Positions 58,232-64,000 of a DNA stretch of 64,000 nucleotides are shown here, in pieces. Source of the stretch: Vicinamibacteria bacterium (GTDB lineage Bacteria; Acidobacteriota; Vicinamibacteria; Marinacidobacterales; Marinacidobacteraceae); contig OY729431.1 in assembly GCA_963422395.1 (NCBI GenBank), positions 128,001-192,000 of the forward strand, in the 5' to 3' direction. Under the pieces are notes generated by a model. The model saw only the letters and a program-made list of their open reading frames with translations, was not told the DNA's origin and ran no database searches. Positions within the stretch are counted from its first letter, which is position 1; each line of letters opens with the position of its first letter. A program made the position numbers and the translations under genes.

Positions 58232-58584
58232 AAGGCGGCAAGACCGGCGGCAGCTGCGCAAACTGCCCTCGGCCTGTCCAGCAGGGCCGCACCCGGTGTT
58301 TTCGCTGTGCGCTCCGCGCTGCCGAGAAGGAAAGGCGAAGGCGCCAGGAGCGGAAGGATCTGGGGCTCTGCGCACAGTGCGCCGATCCCCAGATCCGCGG
58401 GACGAGCCGCTGCCGCAAGCACCTGCAGATCAACGCCGAAAGGCGTTTCCAAGAGCGGCGCCGACTGCGCGGGGGACCCCCGCGGGCCCCTGACAACTCG
58501 AACCATCCGTGGAGGAGGGCCGAGGCCGCCTCCTGGGCCGCCCGGAAGCCCGCCCGGGAAGCCCGCCCGCCGCATGATGGATGA
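58228..58584 (+). CDS. Double Zn-finger basic protein
   Basis: CANC...CFRC and CAQC...CRKH. Confidence 0.65.
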   Translation: MKGGKTGGSCANCPRPVQQGRTRCFRCALRAAEKERRRRQERKDLGLCAQCADPQIRGTSRCRKHLQINAERRFQERRRLRGGPPRAPDNSNHPWRRAEAASWAARKPAREARPPHDG

Positions 58585-59089
58585 CCAGCACGGCGCATAC
58601 GAGGCCGCGTACACGCACGCGACCGAGGTCGCGGCGCGCATTCGGAAAGGGGAAAAGCGAGAGCTCGACGAGCTCGATCTGGCTCACTACACCCTCGCAA
58701 TGGCCCGACGCCGGGGGGTCCAGCGAATGATCCACCGGGGCCTGCTCCGCCGGCGCCGGCTCACCGAGCTGCTGACTCCGGAGTGCCTACGCCCCCCGAA
58801 CTTCGAAGAACGGGTCGCGCTGCAGCGGGCGCAGGAGACCGCTTGGGCGAAGCGGAAGCAGCAGCCCGCCCCCCGACCCCTGAACTCCGCCCCAGTGAAC
58901 ACGACCTGGCGAGCCCGGCCATGCGTCGAGCTCGACGCCACCGCCGACAAGTGGCTCTTCGCCTGCGAGGACGGAACCCCTTTGGTCCAGTCCGAAGACG
59001 CCGCCCGCAAACGGCGGGTCTTCATGGATTCCCTGGAACTCCAGCAGAGAGCGAAACGCATACAGCGTCATGCTCCTCGACTCTGGTGA
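58574..59089 (+). CDS. Phage hypothetical protein
   Basis: Coupled ORF with normal composition from MMDDQHG. Confidence 0.55.
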   Translation: MMDDQHGAYEAAYTHATEVAARIRKGEKRELDELDLAHYTLAMARRRGVQRMIHRGLLRRRRLTELLTPECLRPPNFEERVALQRAQETAWAKRKQQPAPRPLNSAPVNTTWRARPCVELDATADKWLFACEDGTPLVQSEDAARKRRVFMDSLELQQRAKRIQRHAPRLW

Positions 59090-59100
59090 GCGACCGCGCC

Positions 59101-59805
59101 ATGAAGGATCGCCGGGTGCTCGACTCCGGGGCGCGGATGCGCCTCGAGGTTCTGATCGAAGGCCGGGACGCGGTCACGAGCTCCGAGGCGGCCCGGCTGC
59201 TTTCGCCGCCGCTCACGAAGAGCAAACAGGTCGCGGTGGGGAAGTTCTTCGCCGGCCTGGGATGGGCGGCCCATCGCTGCCGCGGGGAGGCCGGAGTGGG
59301 CCAGAAGACCATCTACCAGAGGTCTGGAAACCGCCGCCCCGGGCAGCGCTTCGAGCACTCCCTCACCCCCACCGAGGGCGAACGGCTGCTCGCGCTGCTC
59401 GAAGGCCGGGAGGTGATCCCGGTGGCCGAGATCGTGGCCGCGCTCGGAGGGGGCCGCTCCCACGGGCGGATGACCGCCATCGGACGCTTCCTGAATCGCC
59501 GCGGCTGGACCTCGATGCGCAACAGCGGCGCGACGGCGGGCCGGGACCGCTACCGGCGGGTGCGGTACGACCAGATCGAGGCGGTCGTGGACTTCGCCGC
59601 CAGCCGCCAGCCGGCGAGTGTCCGGATCTCGGAGATCGAGAACCACTTGCGGGCGGCTTTCCCCGGGCAGCCGATCCTCGCCCGGTACCGGATCGGCATG
59701 TTGATGCCGAAGCTGGGCTACCGGCGGTGGAAGCGGAGGGCCCGAGAGGGCCAGGGGAAGGAGGAGTCGGTCTATCAGCGCGCGGCGCCGGCTTCGCTGC
59801 GATGA
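59101..59805 (+). CDS. Protein with three tandem winged-helix-like repeats
   Basis: VGKFFAGLGW..IYQR / IGRFLNRRGW..RYRR / IGMLMPKLGY..VYQR. Confidence 0.65.
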   Translation: MKDRRVLDSGARMRLEVLIEGRDAVTSSEAARLLSPPLTKSKQVAVGKFFAGLGWAAHRCRGEAGVGQKTIYQRSGNRRPGQRFEHSLTPTEGERLLALLEGREVIPVAEIVAALGGGRSHGRMTAIGRFLNRRGWTSMRNSGATAGRDRYRRVRYDQIEAVVDFAASRQPASVRISEIENHLRAAFPGQPILARYRIGMLMPKLGYRRWKRRAREGQGKEESVYQRAAPASLR

Positions 59806-60182
59806 CGGCGCTGGCGGCGCGGCGCTGGATCGAGGCGAACCGCGCTCTGGTCCAGGCGCCCCCGGGGACGGTCTGGCGCGAGCTGGCGACCGGCGAGTTC
59901 CGCTGCGAGGTCGAGGGGGAGACCTGCTGCCCGGCGGGGGTGGCGATCCTCCGATACTGCGGGGAAGAAGAAGAGGCCGAAGACGGTCCCCAGCACCAGC
60001 CCCTCGACCTGCAGGTGCCGGATCCGGAAGAGATGAGCCGGCGCCTCGACGGGCTCGACCTGGCGGCGGCGCAGGCGCTGGCCGTCGCCGGCGACAACGA
60101 GCGAAACGACCCTCGGTTCAGCGTCGAGCTGCGGAAGGCGCTCCGCCGCGCTCTGGGCGAGGTCCTCCCGTTCCAGCCGTGA
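59802..60182 (+). CDS. Phage hypothetical protein
   Basis: ATGA-coupled; CCPAG motif. Confidence 0.55.
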   Translation: MTALAARRWIEANRALVQAPPGTVWRELATGEFRCEVEGETCCPAGVAILRYCGEEEEAEDGPQHQPLDLQVPDPEEMSRRLDGLDLAAAQALAVAGDNERNDPRFSVELRKALRRALGEVLPFQP

Positions 60183-60301
60183 GTTGCTCCATGGCGAACG
60201 ACCTCGAGAGCGGCTTCTTCTCGGCGGCGGTCCGGGGCGCGCTCCGCTGCGCCCTGGCCCTGACGCCGGCGGCGCAGCAGCTGCCCCCTCGGTAGCAGCC
60301 G

Positions 60302-60541
60302 GTGGACGAAGGCACCCCGACAGCGGAGGTGCTCGTCTTCCTCGATTGGAATCCCGGGGACCGGGTCTGGACCGCGTGGCGCGTCCAGTCGGGGCAGCTG
60401 TACGGGGAACGGATCGCCGCCGCCCCCTCGGTGGTGGAAGTGATCGCGCGGGCCCGCGCCTGGGCGAACGAGCACCGCCTCCGTATCGAGCGGACCCTCA
60501 TCGAGGCGGGGTGGGCTCCGGTGTTCCTCGAGGGGCCGTAG
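60302..60541 (+). CDS. Phage hypothetical protein
   Basis: ORF track; plausible composition. Confidence 0.45.
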   Translation: MDEGTPTAEVLVFLDWNPGDRVWTAWRVQSGQLYGERIAAAPSVVEVIARARAWANEHRLRIERTLIEAGWAPVFLEGP

Positions 60542-60553
60542 GCCGCCGGGCAG

Positions 60554-60889
60554 ATGGTGATCGACCTGGGCTACCCCACGCTCGCGCAGAACTGGATCTA
60601 CGCCTGGGCCGGCGGCGGCCCGGGAGACCCACTGCCGCCGGGACTCCCGGACACTCCCAGCGAATACCCGGATGGAAACGGGGCCGCGAAGCGCTACGAG
60701 TTCGCCGACGGCTCCGCTGTGATCCGTGACGCTTTCGGGGCGAACGACTGGGAGCTGGGCATCCACCGGGAGCAGCTGGAGGCCAGCCGAGAGCGAATCG
60801 AAGCAGAGAACGAATCGGTTGCCGAAGCGGCGCCGGTGTACTTCGAGGAGCAGCTGGCGGTTCCGCCGGGGACGCCGATCTGCCGATGA
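60554..60889 (+). CDS. Phage hypothetical protein
   Basis: ORF track; coupled to the next gene. Confidence 0.5.
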   Translation: MVIDLGYPTLAQNWIYAWAGGGPGDPLPPGLPDTPSEYPDGNGAAKRYEFADGSAVIRDAFGANDWELGIHREQLEASRERIEAENESVAEAAPVYFEEQLAVPPGTPICR

Positions 60890-61134
60890 GCGTTCTTCGA
60901 CATCTCTGCCCTGCCTGCGGCGCCCGGCTTCGGGTGAGCCGCCGCCGGGGCCGGCAGGAAGGCAGATGCAGCGGCTACCGCGGGCGGGGGCCGCTTCCAG
61001 CGATGAACGGCAGCGGCGGGCGCGATCCCGACAAGTGGGGCCGATCCTGCGGGCGCGATTTCGACCACACGGCGGACGGGTGGGTCGAGCGGAAACCCGA
61101 GCCTGCCGTTTTCTGGATGCCGGGGCCGCGCTGA
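60886..61134 (+). CDS. Zn-ribbon hypothetical protein
   Basis: CPAC...C...CGRDF. Confidence 0.5.
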   Translation: MSVLRHLCPACGARLRVSRRRGRQEGRCSGYRGRGPLPAMNGSGGRDPDKWGRSCGRDFDHTADGWVERKPEPAVFWMPGPR

Positions 61135-61504
61135 CGGAGCTGCTGACGGGCCGCTGACGGCCTTCCGGCGCCGGGGGGTGGTCGGAGGGGCCGGGGGAGA
61201 GCGCGGCGCGGTCTGGGGCGCCTTCTGGGCGCTCCTGGGGGTAGGGAACGGGCGTCCGATGCTTCCGGTGCCGGTCCAGCGGTGAGGTCTCCGGCGGCGA
61301 GAGGTTCGGCGGGGATCGGGTTTCCGGTTCGGTTCGCTCTTTTCGGATCGCCTCGGAGTTTGGAGTCGGGCCGTTTTCGCGGCTGCAGCGCGGATTTCCC
61401 GACTCTGATTTTTTCTTCTTCTTGGGTTTTTTCTGGATTGGATTTCGGTTTTCGCCGGGTTCCGCAGTTGCTCGGTTTGCCTCCCCTTCCTACCTTCTTC
61501 ATGG

Positions 61505-61850
61505 GTACGCGCGCGTACGCGTACGCGCGAGGCCAAGTCGTTGACTGATTTATGGAAAGGGGAGGGCCGGTGTGTACGCGAAATTCATACCTATCGATTT
61601 ACACCGGCCCTCCCCCCCGGTAAGTCATTGAAAAATGGGGGGGGGGGGGGGGGGCGGCCGGTGTCGTTCGAGATCTCGAACCCGTTCTGAAGACACCGGC
61701 CCTCCCCCTGAAAACCGCGCCGGGTCAAGGAGTTCCGGCTTCGAATGGGCCAGGGGAGGGCCGGTGTCTCTGTTCGAGCGCCGGATCCGTCAACAGGTTT
61801 TCAACAGGTTTTCAACAGTCTGGAAGGTAGTTTTCAACAAAATGTTGAAC
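61505..61850. repeat. Iteron-like repeat region (candidate element origin)
   Basis: Five alternating-orientation GGGGAGGGCCGGTGT motifs, an 18-G run, 11-bp TCAACAGGTTT repeats and an AT-rich flank. Confidence 0.65.
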
Positions 61851-62017
61851 TTCTATTCAGCATTCCATTTTTTCAAGGAGATCACTACTCACTATTTGAG
61901 TGATTCCTTAGGATTTTGGCGACTTCCCGCCGCGGAAGAAGGGGGCCAGTGCCAGGCAGAGGAGCGCCGCCAGCCAGAGGGCGCCGTAGAGGATCGCCCC
62001 GGCCAGCGCTTCCGGGT

Positions 62018-62857
62018 TCAGAAAAGCAGGCGGGCGGCGCGACCGAGGTCGAGGGTGACCCCGATCCCGCAGTGCCAGCCGCTCTCGGGGCCGCCGAAGC
62101 TGCGGGCGCAGGTGGGGCCGACGGCGAAGGGGAAGCGGGCCCGAGCGGCGGCTCTCGCGGCTTCTTCGACCGCCGCCTCGGCGGCGCGTCCGAAGTCGGC
62201 AGCGCGCGCTTCGGCGAGGTCGGCGCGGCGCTCGGCTGCAGCCCGCGCGAAGGCCTGGGCGTCGTGCGCCTGCCGCAGCTCGTCGAGCGCCTCGCGGAGC
62301 GCCGCTTCCCGGCGCTCCTGGACCTCCCGCCGCAGTTCGAGCTCGTAGGCGTAGTTGCGCAGCGCGTCGAGGTCGCGTTCGGCGCGTTCGAGCCGCAGCC
62401 GGAGTTCCCCGGGGGGCAGCGATTCGGGCTCGGGGGGCTCCGGCGCTTCCGGCTCGGGGGGCTTCGGCCAGTGCGCGCTCGGGGACTCCGGGAGCGGCGG
62501 CAGGAAGAACTCGCCCGCCAGCAGCTGCTCCAGCTCTTCCGCGCGGCGCAGGTGCTGTTCGGCCTCGTCGCGGAAGCCGTCGGCCTCGGCGCGGGCGTAG
62601 CGGATGTCGGCCCGGTAGCGGGCGTGGGCCAGATCGTCCAGCAGCCCGGAAGCGCCCGTCGGCGCCCCGGCGGCGGGGCGCCGGCCGCGGGCGGTCCAGC
62701 CGGCGGCGGCCCCGGTTCCGGCCGCGGCCAGGGCCAGCCAGAGGGCGGGCCGGCGCAGCGCGGGCGCCAGCCAGGCGGCGGTCAGCCGGACCAGCCGCCA
62801 GCCGGCAGAGAGCGCGGCGGTGATGACGGCGGAAAGGACTGCGGAGACGACGGCCAA
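62018..62857 (-). CDS. Membrane-anchored coiled-coil protein, possibly spanin-like
   Basis: N-terminal hydrophobic segments, long helical region, C-terminal beta hairpin with 2 Cys, ending in F. Confidence 0.5.
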   Translation of the reverse strand: MAVVSAVLSAVITAALSAGWRLVRLTAAWLAPALRRPALWLALAAAGTGAAAGWTARGRRPAAGAPTGASGLLDDLAHARYRADIRYARAEADGFRDEAEQHLRRAEELEQLLAGEFFLPPLPESPSAHWPKPPEPEAPEPPEPESLPPGELRLRLERAERDLDALRNYAYELELRREVQERREAALREALDELRQAHDAQAFARAAAERRADLAEARAADFGRAAEAAVEEAARAAARARFPFAVGPTCARSFGGPESGWHCGIGVTLDLGRAARLLF

Positions 62858-63164
62858 ATGAGGACGGCCCCCGAAAAGGGGCGGCGGCGGGCGGGGGGAA
62901 AGGGGGGAATCGCTGGGTGAGCCGGCCCCCGAGTGTGGAGAACCGAACGCTTCCGGCCGAATCGCAGACAGCGGCCCTTGATCCCGATTCCAGGCGCTCG
63001 ACGCCCCGAAGGGTAACCGGAGGAATTCCGGCGAACGGCCTCTTCAGCGACTGGCCGGGCGGGTAGCGAGCGGCTGGTCGGCGATCACTTTCCCTCGGTT
63101 CGTGTTCCACAACCTGGGTTGTCGTGCACAGGTGATCGGTGAACGGCGCCGGTGGGCGTTCCGA

Positions 63165-63593
63165 TCAGGGCTTTTCGATCAGGGAGTCTCGATCGGGCGG
63201 GGACCCCCCGGCGCCCGCGGTCTCGTTCACCGAGACGCCCCGCGCCCAGGCTTCGGCGAAGAGGTCGGCGGCGGTTCGGCGGTTCTGCTCGGCAGCGCCC
63301 GCTTCGGCGGGGAGGAAGTCGGCCAGTTCGGGCGCTTCGCCGCCGCTTCCGCTGAAGACGCGGGAGACCAGCCAGGGGGTGAGCGCCAGCATCCGGTGCA
63401 GGATGGCGGGGCCGAAGGGGGCGGCTCGCCAGTGCTGGATCCAGTCGTCGAGCCAGCGCGCCGGCCAGCGGCTTTCCAGGATGTCGGGGTGCGGCGCCCC
63501 GACCGCGAGCGCTAGCTGGTGGAGGAAGTAGCGCTCGCCGGAGCGGGTCGCGCGCGCCGCTTCGACTTCGCTCGCGGCTTCGCCGCCGGTGCG
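63165..63593 (-). CDS. Tail assembly chaperone T-frame (gpT-like), reached by -1 frameshift
   Basis: Manual translation: ERYFLHQLALAVGAPHPDILESRWPARWLDDWIQHWRAAPFG...LADFLP. Confidence 0.7.
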   Translation of the reverse strand, partial: RTGGEAASEVEAARATRSGERYFLHQLALAVGAPHPDILESRWPARWLDDWIQHWRAAPFGPAILHRMLALTPWLVSRVFSGSGGEAPELADFLPAEAGAAEQNRRTAADLFAEAWARGVSVNETAGAGGSPPDRDSLIEKP

Positions 63594-64000
63594 TTTTTTT
63601 TCGACCCGGGATCGTCGGGGCCGGTCTCGGGGCCGGCGGCGGCCGCAGCCGCCTCGGAGAGGCCGAGCGCGTCGGCCACCGCCCCTTCGGCGAGCAGCCC
63701 GGCGGCGGTTTCGAGGGTCTGGTGCAGGTCGTCGGCGCAGAGGAGTCCGCCCGCCTGTTCGCGGGTCAGGCCGAGCGGCCGGCCTTCCTCGTCGATGGCC
63801 AGCAGGACCGCGATGTCGAGCATCGACTGCACCAGCTGTTCAGCGCTGGCGGTCTCGGGACGGGTGTCGGCGGCGGCGGTCTCGCGGGGGGCGGCGTAGC
63901 CGGCCATGCGGATCTGGAGCAGCGAGCGCTCGACGCGGGTCGGCTCGCGCACCCGGAGCAGGCGGCCGTCCACCGTCGGGAGGTCCACCCAGGCGAAGTT
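63512..64000 (-). CDS. Tail assembly chaperone G-frame (gpG-like), 5' end outside window
   Basis: LRVREPT..ER, LLAIDEEGRP; S-K-K-N encoded by TCG AAA AAA AAC. Confidence 0.7.
   Translation of the reverse strand, partial: NFAWVDLPTVDGRLLRVREPTRVERSLLQIRMAGYAAPRETAAADTRPETASAEQLVQSMLDIAVLLAIDEEGRPLGLTREQAGGLLCADDLHQTLETAAGLLAEGAVADALGLSEAAAAAAGPETGPDDPGSKKNAPAAKPRAKSKRRARPAPASATSSTS

Larger units (their letters stand above)
53550..64000. mobile_element. Prophage-like element integrated at the tRNA-Ser 3' end (continues beyond the window)
   Basis: Integrase next to the tRNA, primase-polymerase, small coupled ORFs, tail chaperone genes; second att site not visible. Confidence 0.85.

Noticed and set aside
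60975-61502. 175-aa Lys-rich minus-strand ORF
   Set aside because: Low-complexity reading of a T-rich tract that overlaps a plus-strand gene; probably non-coding

Overview
High-GC bacterial chromosomal segment. An Oar-type TonB receptor, a complete Na+-NQR cluster and the overall gene mix suggest a marine Acidobacteriota-like organism; this is inference, not demonstrated. 1-53.1 kb is core or metabolic: nqrABCDEF-apbE-nqrM, a heterodimeric ABC exporter, mfd with two SurA-like PPIases, moaA, trxA, a CDF transporter, hydrolases and a TolC/MFP/RND pump. It is peppered with small accessory inserts: an AAA ATPase, an HNH nuclease with His->Arg at the predicted catalytic position, a vapBC-like TA pair inside the nqr operon, a Fic gene, a small-ORF/DUF2335/DprA/PRTase unit, and an orphan coiled-coil gene between two 163-bp structured direct repeats. 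Three of these inserts directly abut copies of one MITE-like element with YTAG-flanked 20-bp inverted ends. From 53.5 kb to the window end, a prophage-like element is integrated at tRNA-Ser(GGA). It carries a tyrosine integrase with three tandem arm-binding domains, a Prim-Pol/DUF3631-like replicase, several Zn-finger ORFs, a triple winged-helix protein, an iteron-rich origin-like region and a lambda G/T-like tail chaperone pair with a -1 slippery site. All calls come from reading the sequence and motifs by eye; no database searches were run.
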